Shown here: in pieces, positions 13,310-28,313 of the stretch | How the letters are laid out: each line of letters opens with the position of its first letter | Numbering within the stretch: the first letter of the stretch is position 1 | Origin: Chrysomallon squamiferum | Taxonomy: Eukaryota > Animalia > Mollusca | Assembly: GCA_012295275.1 (NCBI GenBank) | Contig: CM022670.1 | Span: 13,516,001-13,580,000, forward strand | DNA length: 64,000 nucleotides | Reading direction: 5' to 3' | The notes under the pieces: model-generated | The model's database searches: none | Told to the model about the DNA's origin: nothing | Seen by the model: only the letters and a program-made list of their open reading frames with translations | Position numbers and translations under genes: made by a program

Positions 13310-13540
13310 GTGCCTTTTATGCTGTAAATCCCCAACGTTTGCAGCTTGTTTTATGCATTTCTAAGCTGTTATAATTTGTAATTTGTGTTGATTTTAATAA
13401 AATAAACAGCTTGTAACAGAAATGAAGTATGACTTACTCTGAATATTTCTATGCTAAAGGTATATAATCTGACTAAGCTACAAACATAGTACATTTTATG
13501 ACACAATGCTATCATCATACGCTTCGATGTGTGTGTGTGT

Positions 13541-13579
13541 GGGGGGGGGGGGGGGGGGGGGGGGTGGGGGGGTGGGGGG
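13541..13579 (+). other. Poly-G tract, potential G-quadruplex
   Basis: G24-T-G7-T-G6 following a (GT)n run. Confidence 0.7.
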
Positions 13580-15128
13580 TGAGTGTATCTCCCAGTTTCT
13601 GTCTTCTACATCACTAAACAATACTTTAAGCATTTCAGTTTGTATGTTACAAAGTCATGTGGCTAAACATATGTTTTATGCATAAGCAAGCGATACGGCT
13701 AATAAAGTTATTTGAAAATGAAAATGTCTTTTGTGAGCTCTTTTGAAAGTTTAGTTACTGAGCTGCTGTGGTTTTACTACAGAATAATAATACAACTCTT
13801 GACATATTTTAATAATACCAGCCACCAGATTAAAAATGTATTATTTTAAAATATATTATAGATATAAAAAAAAAAAAACCCAGGAAAACAACAAACAACA
13901 ACAAAGAAGCAAAACAAAACATTTCGTCATAGTCATTTCTAAAATCATTCTTCAAAATACAGTAAAGCACATACCACGCTTTTTGGTAACCCCGTTATGA
14001 GACACTGGCTTTACCCGAAATAATTCAGTGGTCGCTATGAACAGGTTTGATCCTGAAACCCATCGCTTTCCATGCGTCTGTATCCATTTCTTTTTCGTTA
14101 GTTATTGTGTCAGATATTGAATTAATGACCCAAATGGAGTCCACTGGTATGAATTAAGGACCTTAAAACACTTATTTGGGTTGAAATTTGAATTAATTAT
14201 TATGCAAATGACTGAAAGCTAAAATCCGTGATCCAGAAAATTTTTGACTAGCTTTTTTAGAATCCTTTTGTATAGAGGATTTTTCTCTAACTGTTTTCCC
14301 CTAAAATCTTGTTCGTAAAATATTACCTCATAATCTACGTTGAGTTGAAAAACGTATTCTCTGTTTTCTGAGAATTATACTTTTTTCTTAGAATGTTGAC
14401 GGATGCGAATACGTTTGACTTTTGGTGCCACACACTCTAAAGTTGGTGAATACTCTCTGATTACTACGGGGGAAGAGTTTTGCTCGTAAGTCGCTAAGTC
14501 GCTCTGTGTCGTCGAGACACATTGCTATTTTTAATTCACCCGATAAATTCGCTTCCACTCCGAGATCTGTTGGCCATAAACCTCTCGTTTCATCCTAATG
14601 AGCACAGCGAACACGTGTTTTTTTTTTTTTTAATTCTTATTCTTATTTTGTTGTTATTATTATTTCAGCTTGCTTTATGGGCGGAGATAAACGAAGATGA
14701 TCGGAGTTTTAATGTAATACATGCACAACCGAACTATTTGCCGTTTTTCACGAAGATGACCGAGCGATTATATTCGAAATTAACAGATCTTCGTGAGATG
14801 AAATCGACGTGATTATTTTTTTTTAGGTAAGTCAGCGTATTAACAAGCTGCTACTACTACTACTACTACTGCAGTACTGTTGCTGCTGCCGCTACTACTA
14901 CAACCACTACTACTATATTTACTGCTACTAATACTATTACACGTATCTCATAACAGTCAGCGGGCAATGATTATTTCCCTGTAAGAAAATTCAAACAACA
15001 GACTGTGGCGAGCGAATTGTGGCCTGAGCAAGTAAACAATACCCAGGATGCACCACGGATACGCAGTATCCGTGTTAGCGTGTACGTTCGCGAGTTTAAT
15101 ATAGGACAGCCTTGCTTTGACACCTTAC

Positions 15129-15320
15129 ATTTTGATTTTGATATTAAGTGAAAAACTACAATAACAACTTGTCACAATTTGATTGATGTTTCATTATAAG
15201 CAGAACGTTAGCAGTTGATCCGAACTGCACAGAACCGAAGAGTAATGACAACCATCCATCATGTTGTGGAAATACCACTTTCTAAATTAATTTATTTTGT
15301 TATATTTTTGTATTGAGTCT
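15129..15320 (+). repeat. Dispersed ~190-bp repeat, copy 1
   Basis: Highly similar to 26555-26745; shared core gtgaaaaactacaataacaacttgtca...cagaacgttagcagttgatccgaactgcacagaaccgaa...accatccatcatgttgtg...accactttctaaattaattta. Confidence 0.9.
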
Positions 15321-15372
15321 TCACCGTTCTCTGTCTGTTTCTCACTTTGTCTCAGGGTATCTCTCTCTCAGG

Positions 15373-15439
<67 letters not shown>

Positions 15440-16071
15440 CTAGAAATATATATTTTTATATATATAAATCACCAAAAATGAATTAAACAATTAAAATAAA
15501 TAAAAGTAAATAAACAACTGAATTAATTAATTCGAAATGCTTTTATAATCAGTTTATTATAACATAGAAATTAAAAAAGAACAAATATTGAGAAGAAAAA
15601 AAAAAAATAACAATAACTGCACATAAAAGAAAAAATACAAAATAAAATAAAATAAAATAAAATAAAATAATAAAATTTGAAGGAAAAAAAACAAAATGGA
15701 GGGAAAAACCCAACAGAATTTGGTGTTTAGCACGCGCCATGACGCAGTAACGTCCCCTGAGTGTTGTCATTTTTCTCCATGACTGAACCCAGTGCACGCT
15801 GCAGCGGCAATTACACCTTTAAATAATTGATCTGTTTTTGCTCGAATTTTCTACGGGTTTGTCGTACCACATTGGTACCGTAAAAGTAATTTGTATCGAT
15901 CTGCCAGCGGCTAGGACATGTAATGCACTGCACGGAGACCATTGTTGCTTGCTTTAATCAGAGTAATAATTACTTATGCTCTAGGTCGAGGTTGTACGTA
16001 TTGTAACTTGTGTAAGAATGGCAGTGTCATCAAAATTACGAAATCTAATATTACTGTTATTATTACTACTA

Positions 16072-16242
16072 CAGTGGCGTAGTGTGGGCGGTGCCACGGG
16101 GGGGGGGCGGTTGCCCCGGGCGCAGAATTCTTAGGTTCACTACTGGATTAGTGTTAGGGACTCGGGATGGCTAATTTCCACCGGTTAGGTGCGCAGTACG
16201 TTTGCCTTGACCCGGGCGCCGACAACCACCACTGCGCCTATG
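16072..16242. mobile_element. Short GC-rich hAT-like MITE remnant
   Basis: GC island inside (TAC/TAT)n. Imperfect inverted ends CAGTGGCGTAG...CTGCGCCTATG and an internal repeated CCCGGGCGC. No clean TSD. Confidence 0.45.
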
Positions 16243-17073
16243 ATTACAAATACTGCTACTGCTACTACTATTACTACTACTACTACTATTACTGTTGCTG
16301 TTATTATTATTATTATTATTTTGTTCTTGTTTTTAGAAACTTACTTCTATCTTATGATGATGACTTGTTTATTTATTATGAGTTCAGTGATAGTGGTAAT
16401 ATGAACGACGATATAGTGGGTGTTTTGTGCGTTTGTGTGTGCTGTTAAAGAGGACAGAAAACTCCAGTGATAGATAAATATATACATATTACATACAGAA
16501 GAAGAATTAGATATAGTAAATTAATAAATTAAACTAATTAATAACAGGCATCGACCGTCATAAAAAACCCACAAAAAAAACAATAAAAATTAAATTCAGT
16601 TTATTTATTTAAGTTCAATACACTTAATGAAAATAACTGTTTCTATTAAATCGATTTCTCTTTCTCATTTCTTGCTTTCTTTTCAGACACTTTATTATTA
16701 TTATTTTTTTTTTTTTCTAAACTGAGACTGAAGAGTTATAAACACGATATATAAAACAGATCAAACCAGACAGATCAGTAGTAATTGGATGATGCTCGGC
16801 AGCCTTGCCAGCAAATTACACTACAACAAAATAAAATGTTTTCTCTCAGTCAGCGGTGGACATGTAACGTCTAATGATCTGATGCTGTTTGCTGGATGTA
16901 GGAATAAACTAAAAACAAGCAACTCTTTAGGAACTTCCAGACTGAAGAAGACTCGAAAACGTTCCAGTATTTGTTACACAGTTTTAGTCTCCTTTCAAAC
17001 TTAGAATCAGGATCTCTCTAAATTCACGTGGCTTGTGTCTTCATAATGTATTGGTTCAGTCCTGCTGTGAATG

Positions 17074-17104
<31 letters not shown>

Positions 17105-17444
17105 GGGGGGTCTTTTGGAGAGGGGCTAATTACTTTATTTTTGAGGATTAATTTTTCCTTTTTCACGTAATTACTTTTATGATCCAAATAGTTCCATGAA
17201 CTTGAAAATAACATAAAATACATAAAGTCTAGATATCTTTAAATAGTCGTTTCTGTTTTTATATCAACATTATTTTATTAATAATAGGAATAGATGGACT
17301 AATAGTAGGAATAGGAGTAACTGTAGTAGTAGTAACAGTAGTTGTAGCTGTAGCAGCAGCAGTAATAGTTGTAACTGTAGCAGTAGTAGAAGCAGTTGTT
17401 TTAGCATTAGTAGTAGTAGAAGCAGTTGTTTTAATAATAGTAGT

Positions 17445-17837
17445 GGGTCATTCCGTGTCAAATCACCCCCCCAAAAAAGAAATTTAAACCCGACCGTCTC
17501 AGATTTTTATAAAGCTTGGTATACTTGTTGACTGGGATCCCACAGCACCAAATCTGAAATATTAGCCCAATTGGATTAGTGGTGTGGGAGATATGGCCCA
17601 CCGAATTTTGAGATTTTTGGCAAAAATGGGCGTGACCACCAACCTTAGAACCCTCATATCTCAGGAACTACTGGGCCAATCTTCATAAAATTGGTATTGT
17701 TGAAAAGGCAATATGACAAGGATTCCAAATCTTTCAGATTTGGTGCTGTGGGATCCCAGTCAACAAGTATACCAAGTTTTATAAAAATCTGAGACAGTCG
17801 GGTTTAACCCATTGGGTGATTTGACACGGAATGACCC
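17445..17837. mobile_element. Intact non-autonomous DNA transposon (MITE), 393 bp, long TIRs, possibly Sola2-like
   Basis: TIRs at 17445-17559 and 17732-17837, beginning GGGTCATTCCGTGTCAAATCACCC and ending GGGTGATTTGACACGGAATGACCC. Flanked by TAGT on both sides (4-bp TSD; extendable to TAGTAGT because the target is a microsatellite). GRG termini with a 4-bp TSD fit my recollection of Sola2; the family is not verified. Confidence 0.9.
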
Positions 17838-20206
17838 TAGTAGTTTTCACGGTAGTTACAATAGTAATGATAGTGGTAGTGATATTAATGGCTGTGGGGG
17901 TGTGGTAGTTGCAGTGGTGATGGTAGTAGTAATACTGGTATTAGTTCAAGTACACACAGACACAAATTGCAATACAATTATATCTGCTGCCAGATTGAGG
18001 TTGGCAAAAGGAGAACAAAAATGAGTCCATACATGTAAAATATTTTCATTATTAATCGTGAATATTTTGTTCCAGTAACATCCATAACTGTAATGAAATA
18101 TAAAGAAATTAGAATTACTGGTAAGTGCTATTTGCGAGTGGGATATACATGTGTGTTATTTTTGTATTTAACATTCTGCTCTGAGTACAGTCTAATCTAA
18201 TTAGATGTAATTAACTAATGGATATGTCAATATTCCTAATTTCTGTGGGTTTTTTTCTTTTCTTTTTTTAATCTTTTTATTGTTATTTTTTATTTTGTGA
18301 TGGATATACCGAAATAAAATACATATAAACACACGGAGAATATAGATACGTGTGTGTGTGTGTGTGTGTGTGTACGGCATACTAACACGTATTCAGATGT
18401 TCATCCTTTCCCCAGCTTTCACATAAGGAAGAACATTTATCATTAAATGTAAGAATGAAAGAAAATCAATCTGTATGATCTCTACTGAACTAGTACTTGT
18501 GGTTTATAGTGTATGTATGTATGTATGTATAATGTATGTATGTATGTATGTATGTATGTATGTGTTTCATGTATGTATGTATTTATATATGTGTGTTTAC
18601 ATTTGTGTATGTTTGTGTGTATGTGTATGTGTGTATATGTATATTGTATGTATGTATGTAAAAGTATATGATCTAAATACTCCAGACAAAAAAAAAAGAA
18701 AAAAAAGATGACTATAATAATAATAATAAATAAATAAATAAATAAATAAACAAATAACTTAGAAAAATAAAAATATAAAACAACGGCTTGGAGAGAGGGT
18801 ACGTGTATTATTTAAGCTATTTGTCCATACTACAGTGCACCTGTATTAGAAAAGACAGTTTGGACGACACGATGGCTCCGATGTAGCTACAGTTACATAA
18901 AAGATTACTTCCAGCACTGGCATTGATTAATCCATCGACCCGAACAGTCGTTCGTTGCACTGACAGAGGCATTACTATAGCTATCCAGAAATAACTGAGA
19001 ACATTGTAAGAAAAGAAAAAAAGAAACTGAACCTTCCTTTCATTTCGATTAATCCTCTAATACATTAATAATTGTCTTGAAAGACCGCTTGTGCAGCATG
19101 ATGGGTGTCCTCGGATGCAAGCGTGTTTCCAGAGGCTGACTGAAAGTCCCATCTAACCATAGCACTTCTTTTTTTAATTTTAAAATTATTATTATTATTA
19201 CGGTACTCATAACACTAATTGCTGTAATTTCTGGTAATCCTGACTGTCCAATGTATTCCAGTAAAGCTGTAACATAATCGACAGATTTCCTGCACGGGTG
19301 TCTCGAGTAGTCTGAATTAGTGTTTAATTACTATAAGCGTGTTAAGACACAGAATTAATCAACCACAGCTCTAACAGTCGGTCTGAAGGAGAGTAATGAG
19401 TGTTAAAGCTAACAATCTACCAGTTTATGTAATGATGTGATGTGAAATATTGCAGACAAATTTTTTTTATTTTTAGCAAAAACTCTTCTCTAACACAAAC
19501 TGTCTCCTGGAGTGAATAGCCAGTGTATAATACAGCCGAGTTATTCTCACCCCCGTGTGGCATATATCAGTATTCCTTAATGAATGCTACTTGATAATAT
19601 ATAACGTAATATAAAAAACTCGAGCACAGACTTGGCATATGCACGCTCGCCCATTTCACATAAAATCTGCTTTTAAATAAATGTATACTGTATTACAGTT
19701 ATGATGGAATCTTGTTTTGAAGAGAGACTGGGAAAGAAATGGAAAAAAGAAAGAAAAGAAGCGACAGCTTTAAAAAAAAGGTGAGAGATAGATTGTGGGA
19801 AGGAAGAGAAAGAATGAGTATGAATGAACGAATGAATGAATGAGAAAGTAGCGATATGCTGTTAAGACGAGAGTGAAATAAAAGAAAACAATAAAAACAA
19901 CAAAAAATTTACACCTCAGCATTAATAAATACGCCATTATTCTCCAAAACTGATATTCTGTAACATTTAGCATACGAAATAAAATATTAATGCTCTGTAA
20001 TGAGGAATGAGTCAGATATAATTCCCTTGAGCCTACTTCAGAAAACTGATGTTGACAAATGACCACGGGATGAAAATGATACATACTCACAAAGGACAAT
20101 ATATAAAATTAATAATCACCAGCAAACAGTCGGAGTTCGCGCGACATGTAACAACACATTAACGTACATTATTTAACCATCGATTACTGCTTTCTTTCCC
20201 TGTTAC

Positions 20207-20315
<109 letters not shown>

Positions 20316-20996
20316 GTATGTGTGTATGTGAATATTTGTGTAAAAATCGGAAGTTCAATGCTTTGATTGCTTGCCTCAGGCATAACTGATCGCTTGACCA
20401 GTTGTCATCAGAGCATCTATTAGCAATTTCTGTTTTCTGTTTTATATGATTGAATGTGGTATGCCATTTTCTGCCTATGTAAAGGTTTACAACAAAGATG
20501 CCTTGCTGCTAATAGATAAAAGTAGCTAATGAAGTCCGAAAGGACTTTCTTTTTCTAATCGCAAGTATGAAAAAATTGTCATAAAACTATTAATCCTAAA
20601 AAAAACAGAGAAATCTTGTTGACTGTTTAAACATTCATTCCTGACGCCTTGTCGAGATTTCAGGAAAATAAACATGGTTTCGCTATAGTAATCATAATAA
20701 GGTTAATCATAAATCTATTTACAGATATGATATAAATTATTTATGTATGTGAGTGTATATATGTATGGGTATATATGCATATACGTACATCACATCCATC
20801 AGGTTTTATACCGTCAAACCTTTATTTATATAAAAACCATCTTTGTATACCAATAATCTTTATAATCATAAACCTACATCCACCTTTAAATAATATAAAC
20901 TTAGTTTTATATTAAAAAAATAATAATTAAAAAAATTTTTTTTTTAAAAAAATATCTGGAATTACGGAAATCTTTATCTTTATAACAATAACGTAC

Positions 20997-21400
20997 CTGA
21001 TTTACTGGAGACAAACCTCTGACATCGCACACGAAAACACGTTACACAAGTATCCACATTTTGTTTGAAAATCCTCGAGAACGTCTCTCTCTGGCGGACT
21101 AGCGAATCTCGAGCGAAAAATTTTGGAGCAGTTTCAACCCAGCCTGCATCTGCCGCTATCGATGTTTAACGGCCGGATCCTCTTTGTCTCATCAAAATTA
21201 ATAAACAAAGAACGGCACGCGACGTGGCATCACTGATGTGAGTTTTCGCACAGCGCCTCTGTCTTCGGTACGTCAACCCAAATCTACATCAGATCTATTG
21301 ACGAGAGCAGGCGGCATGGGGAGTCGATACAAACAACGTCATAGCAGAGTGGGATTTCTTCCGACGTAGCGGCAAATTTATCTTGATCTTAAAGAACACA
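20997..21400 (-). promoter_or_regulatory. Candidate promoter and first (non-coding) exon of the GPCR gene
   Basis: CpG-enriched patch in an AT-rich background with TGACG/ACGT motifs, ending at a strong - strand donor CAG|GTACGT (20997/20996). It would pair with the acceptor at 10450 to give a ~10.5-kb intron. The pairing is inferred only. Confidence 0.35.
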
Positions 21401-22056
21401 GGTTCAGGCCTGTGATGCCGCAGTTGCAAACTTTGTATCCGTAGTGGTTGTCTGTAAGAGTGTATAATCTATGTTGCTGTTACAGACCTACTGGCAAAGA
21501 ATATTATTGCCATTTCTTTTTCTTCTTTCTCTTCTTTTTTTTTTTTTTTTTTTTGCTCTAAAATAATATAATATATATTATTGCCATAACAGCAAAGATC
21601 ACTGCCACCGATTGCTTTGTAACAGTTTGTGATTTATATTGCCACAATCCAGCCAAGTCCGTCTCTATGATTTGTCCTTACAAATAAGCAGTTTATCCTG
21701 AGAGAATACCTTAGCTGATTGTATCTCTAACAGTGCAAGAAATGTATTTTACCAAAATGCCAGTGATTATATTACTTCCATTATCCAGCACATTCTTACG
21801 AGACAATAAATGAATCATTGCTTATTACTCTAGGGGCAGACTAAAAAAATGTATTAAAAATATTTCTAGTTGTTGTTATGAGAGTCCACTGATCTTCTGA
21901 AGAGTAGAATTCTTGTCCATGTGGCTGCATCGTGTTGTAAAGTCTGTAGTCTGTGGGACTGTGACAAGGGTCGTGAAGTAAGGAATCTTAAGCTATACGC
22001 ATTCTAGAACAGAACAAATAAATGAATAATGATTATTATTTGTAAGCGCTGAATAC

Positions 22057-22088
<32 letters not shown>

Positions 22089-22167
22089 GTATTGAAGTGT
22101 ATGAGTAGTGATGAATATAAATAACTTCAAAAAAAAAAAAATGTACATTATATTTTAAGGTGATTGA

Positions 22168-22208
<41 letters not shown>

Positions 22209-22854
22209 CTTTGTTATCCTTTTGAAGTATATTTGGAGCTGCGCGCACAAAGGGCTAAATGCATTTTGTTTAAACAGCAAATGAAGATCATCTTTTCCAG
22301 TAATAAAATTTGGTTATCATATAAATCATTTAAAATATAACAAGTTCACAAGTATGAGAGAAGTTCATAACACTTTGATGATATAAATGTAAAATAAAGA
22401 ATGGAAAAGTAGTATGAGTTACAAAATAATATATCCATATGTTGTAATAGATTTTGTTAACGATATTCAGTAAAGTTGATTTAATACTGCTGCTCTTCGA
22501 TACTTTTAATTTAAAAAAAAATATGAACTGTAACCATATCGCCCCATCCCTTATGGTCGTTCCAATATATAAATACGTATGTATTTCAATTTATAAAATA
22601 TGGTTTATACCGCTGTTCGTTTGAAATGAAATCAATAATTTACACTGCAGGTCATCATGTTTTAAGAACATTATTATCTCTACGAGAGGCACGGCCACCA
22701 CTAATTTGTCTTCAGCCCTCGGAGACTTCCAGATATCTTCTGGATTAACTTAATAGTCATTTGTGTGACTTTGGAGCTTATTTTGTCACATTTGATCTAC
22801 TTCCCCATATCGCAGTTTTAAAAAAACCGTTATTTCTCTTCCAGTTATTTGTAG

Positions 22855-23060
22855 AACTGCGGTTAGAGCTCAGATTACCGGGTCAGTCCTGATGCATGCC
22901 CTCTCTGGGTTATTTTCCATTCCAACCAATGTTTCATGATTAGTTTATTTAAGGCTGTGAAATGTGCTTTCCTTTCATTGGCAATTTATATGTAAAAGGT
23001 CCCTCGCTGCAAGTGGAAATCCTCTCAAGACTATAAATAAGAAATAACAAATGTTTAACC
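22855..23060 (+). mobile_element. Decayed SINE-like fragment (related pieces near 13970-14080 on the - strand, 20455-20535, 28250-28313, 35310-35470)
   Basis: Loosely shared motif order among the fragments (gatcgatc...tttt..ttcca.cca.tg...aaggc.gtgg.atgtgc...taaaagat.cct.gctgc). The pattern recalls gastropod tRNA-derived SINEs from memory; not database-checked. Confidence 0.35.
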
Positions 23061-25061
23061 ATGTAGATTCTTGGATATACAACTACGTATTGGGTTTTAA
23101 TCACGTAACAAAGCAAATTTATATATATATATATATAATATATATGTCTGCAATCCCATTATCAGAAAAGAGTAGACATCACGTGAACGTGCTTACAAGA
23201 CAAAACAGTTGATAAGCACGCCTACCGTGGACACATAATCCGGGAGCTCTTTGGCCGGTGCTAGAAGATTAATTGACCAGATAACTATTTATCTTTCTGA
23301 CAAATGACATTCTAATGAATAATGAATACTTAATTCGGCACAATGACGGTCGATGTTTTTCTTGTCCTTGGATATCGTTAAACATTTATATATCAAACAT
23401 ATGAAATATTCCCACAAGCATTTGGCGTCCGGCAACCCGACAGAAGACAGTATCAATGACGTAAATGAAGATGAAGTAATTTAGTTTGTTCCAATCTAAA
23501 TCCCTTCAGAGATACCAAATGTGTGTACCAATGCTGGTGAATTGTACCGAAGCTCAGATGATTTTGTTATTTAGATTCAAACTGCTTAGCCGCTTCCAAA
23601 TGCCACATATCACTTTATTTAGATTTAGTCACATTATTTAAATAAAAACAGAGATCCGGTTGCAGTTAGTATAAATGTATATTAAACGCGTATGAACTTT
23701 CAGATTTACGTCAGTATTTAAATTCAAGTGGTTTTGTAAAGCATTCGAAGAAGCGTTATATCTGCCAAAAATTAATGTTCAGACGAGCGAATGATGTTAG
23801 TACGTGCGTAGATTATTTTAGGCTTGAGAGACTAAATGTATGAAACATCAGGCAAATGCCATCTGTGTGTGTGTTTATATATTGCTGTAACTCTTACTGT
23901 CTGCATATTTTTTTTTTGTGGGGGTATGTATGTGTATGTATGTGCGTGTGTTAGTGTATGTATGTATGTGTTTGTGTTTGTGAATGTGTATGTGACTGCG
24001 CGCACGACAGGTAGTTATTTTGAATGGTTGTATTTCGTAAGACACATTGTGCAATAAACGATGTAATCATATAGTGAATTATTTCGTGGAAAACCAATTA
24101 ACGCCTTCATTTAAAATAAAACACTTTTTCGCCTAGAAGTACTTTATTAAACTGTTACAAAAAAATATCTATGGTTTTTTTTTATGTTTTAAAATCTTTA
24201 ATCAGAGACTGAACCAGAATTTCCATTAGGGAAATCATTATTGTCATGGATGAAATTTTCAAGATGAAGTGAGTTTATTGGTATTTTCACAAAATGTCAC
24301 GTAAAAAAAAAAAAAAAAAAAGTTGATGAGGAGACTGTCTGGTAATTCGTTTCAGGAAGAAGTAGGTCACTCTAATTTAAATGGCTTCTAATATTAAGAT
24401 AGAAATTTAGTGGAGTGTTACAATATTATAACTCCTCACACGCTTTGTCATTTTCGTCGATAATAATCATCTACACGGTGTTGAATTCGTTCTTTCAAAC
24501 GTTATTTGTGGATCACTGGTTACAGTTAATTAACTCAGGTTTTCTTATTTCTCTGCTTGAAGTTTGACGTTTGAAATATTTAACCATACGACGACGAAAA
24601 TTAAACAAAAAGGCTAAAAACTATGTAAGGAAATGAATGAATGAATGAATGAATGAATGAATAATAAGTAATTATTGAGAAATAATAATTAAGAGGAATT
24701 ACTTAAATAACAAGGAAACTGAACAGGTAAATAAAGAAAGAATAAAACAGAATAAATGAAAAACAATAGAAAGAAAGTGTAAGAAAGAAAGAATAAAGGA
24801 AAAAAGAATAAAAGAAAGAAAGCAACGATAGATATTTTTTTCATTATTACACCAAGAAACCTTGTAGTTCCTTGAGGCAATCAATAATGTCAGAGCAAAT
24901 GCCGCATTTTTTTAATTTTCTAATTTTTTTGCTGTTGACTATAATCAAATTTGTTTAAATGCTATCTACAGTACAGAACAGAAAACAAGTTGAAACCATG
25001 TATAAAATGTAGGGAAACAATTTTTTCTTTCCTCTTTTTATTTATTTATTTATTTATTATT

Positions 25062-25117
<56 letters not shown>

Positions 25118-25680
25118 TATTATTATTATTTTCTTTTTTAATCATTTCTTTTTTATCAAGTACTTTTGTAATTGGAGAAGTCGCTTTGGGCATCTCTGTG
25201 CCAAATGATTACTGAAGTTCTTGTTCGTCTTCATTATTTAACAAAGTCACCGTGCAGTATAATGCTGAAAGGTACTGAAAAAGTAAAGTGTTCCAGTTTA
25301 AACCTTTTCGCACCTCTGTGTGCACTATACTACAGCTATCTTTCAAACGGAGAAGAAAATTAAGTTCAGTAAAACGGTAATAAGAGTAAAATTTGAATAA
25401 TCAAATCGCTCGTGTTGTGACAGGACTGTACGAGAGCGAGAGATTCTGTACAGTAACACTGGCCAGTGTGTTTTCAGACGTGTAATGAAGATCGTTTGAT
25501 AATAAATCATTTTAATACCGCCGTGACAAATAGGCTGGTATTTGAAATCTGTTATACTGAGTTTTAGGTATTTCTCTTTAACTCATACACATACACATTT
25601 ATAAATAGCCTTATATTTCTCTCTTTGTCTCTGAGTCTTTCTGACTCGTTCTGTCTATTTCTTTTTCTCTCGGTTCTGAG

Positions 25681-25750
<70 letters not shown>

Positions 25751-26554
25751 TATACACACATCATATTTAGTTCTGCGATAGCTTTTCTTGAAACTAATGG
25801 GTTTTTCTCTTCAACTTCTTTTCTTTTTTTTCTTTTTTTTTTTTTACCTTTGCGCATCTTATTTATGGGTACTCCTATAATAATAATAATAATAAACAGC
25901 AATGTTTTCTCGTGATTTCAAGGATATCACTGAAAAAGAAGTATTATACGAAGTTGTGTCATACAGATATGAAAGACATATCGCTGTTTGATTTTACTTG
26001 CTGTTCTCAATCTTGCAAGATTACCCAAAGGAACAGAAGACAGTGTCAGTGGCGTTTCAAGCCAAGATCGCTTCAAAGAAATTTATCTTTAGAGATGATT
26101 TTCTGTTTTGTGCATATTAATGGAAAAACTAATTTCTAAAATAAACGACTGCTTTGTCGTGTGACATTCTGTCAACCAGCGTTCCCTAAAGAATTGTGGA
26201 TGTCAGTCCTTGCGAAGAAATTCATTGGAGTTTGCTCATTGTTCATTAGAGCATGAGTTAGTTTTCCTTCATTAGTAAAACGAGCAGTTCAGCAGTGCTT
26301 CGACAGAAACAACGTGATGTTCACGTGAATGTAAATAACCGAGAATGTTTCTGTAGAAATACTGGTCAGTAAAATTCGTATGTTTTTGGGGTTTTTTTTT
26401 TTTTGAACAAACAACGTTAAATCGATTTCAGTGTTTTTGTACAAATAAAGGCAAATTGATTCGAAAGTGAACAAAACGAAAGAGATAAATATGAAAATAT
26501 TTACGAGTCGCGCTGTATTTCGGTGCTTAATTAATTCACTAGAAACAGTAGGAA

Positions 26555-26745
26555 ATTTTGATTTTGATTTTAGGTGAAAAACTACAATAACAACTTGTCA
26601 GAATTTGATTGATGTTTCGTTATAAGCAGAACGTTAGCAGTTGATCCGAACTGCACAGAACCGAACATTTATGACAACCATCCATCATGTTGTGAAATTA
26701 CCACTTTCTAAATTAATTTATTCTGTTATAATTATTTTTATTAGC
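26555..26745 (+). repeat. Dispersed ~190-bp repeat, copy 2
   Basis: Direct repeat of 15129-15320 with scattered substitutions. Confidence 0.9.
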
Positions 26746-26861
26746 CTTGACCATTCTCTGTGTTTTTTCTTCTATCTGTGAGTCTCCCTGCCTGTTTGTA
26801 TCTAACCAGTCTATCTTAATGTGTATATGTGTGTGTATCTCTCTCTCTCTCTCTTTCTATA

Positions 26862-26919
<58 letters not shown>

Positions 26920-27836
26920 CTACATCTGTATGTTGATCATTTAATTAATTCATCCATACTTCCATATCAATTATTAGCTAGAACGACAACCGGACACAGC
27001 TTTCATTCGTCAATTCATCAGTATCTATAATTTGCACCATTTCATGATTTCTGTCGCGTCTCTTTTCAAAACTGACATTAACGACTCTTTTCTTTTTTTC
27101 TTCACGTAATTTAATTACTTTGACTGAATGACTTGACTCTGATCTTCTACCAGTAAAAAACACCACACTGTCTAACAGTCTACTGAGACCCTCCTCTGAT
27201 TTCCACGACTCTCACATAACAAACGAGGCACTGTGTGGAGCTAGGATAATAATTTCTGCGGTAATTTGGCGAATTTATCTATTTTAGTGTTACTGTTGTG
27301 AGTCGGTCGTGACCAGAGCAACCAAAAAGTCGTTGCTGAGCTCACGAATTATATCATTGCAGGAAGCTGTTGCGATGAGGTTTGTCGTCTTTTACGGAAA
27401 TTGCTACGCCGCGTTTGAATATAGGGTAATGGGGTCACCGTTATGTAGCCACAAACATCTTTAAAACGTCATCTCTGGAAATTACGTAAAATTTGGTCTT
27501 TATATACAACTATATATTTTTTTAAAGACGTGTAACATTATATATTGAATAAAAGTTAATGTTTGTATCCCAAAGACTTTTTAAAGCAGTATATCGTTAT
27601 AAAACGAAGAAATGTATTGACTTTTTATTTTAACCTATGAATATTATGCAATGTAAAAATTGTCTTTTGGAGTCCTCAAAGATTTTAAAGACGTTTTATT
27701 ATGTACAGTATGAGAATTTGGACTTTAAATCCTACAGATATTGTAAAAGAAGATTTTATAAACTGTATATTAAAAAGTTTGATGCCGGGATTTCAGAAAC
27801 ACATTAATGACCTCATTCATATATCGTCACAAGCAA

Positions 27837-27974
<138 letters not shown>

Positions 27975-28313
27975 CGTTTGTGTCAACATCCCAAAACCAT
28001 ATTAACAAGTTATTACTATTAATGGAAAATCCAATGATTAGATTCCAAGAACATCTTAAAGAAGATAATGATGTATCGTAATACGTGCAGTATTTTTTAG
28101 AATTTTCAGGTCCGATATGACACACTGATATAAATCTGAGCTGTCAAAATAGGTTAATTTCATGACAGGAAACTCCTGGGGTGTAGATCAAATTATTTCT
28201 ATAAGAAGCGAAATGTGAGGCAATGACAAAACTCTTAACTTGTGTCCATCTAGGATCGATCTTTTGAAATCAGTTTAGTGGAGATTTTTTTCTGTGCAAG
28301 CTAGTTCCGTACG

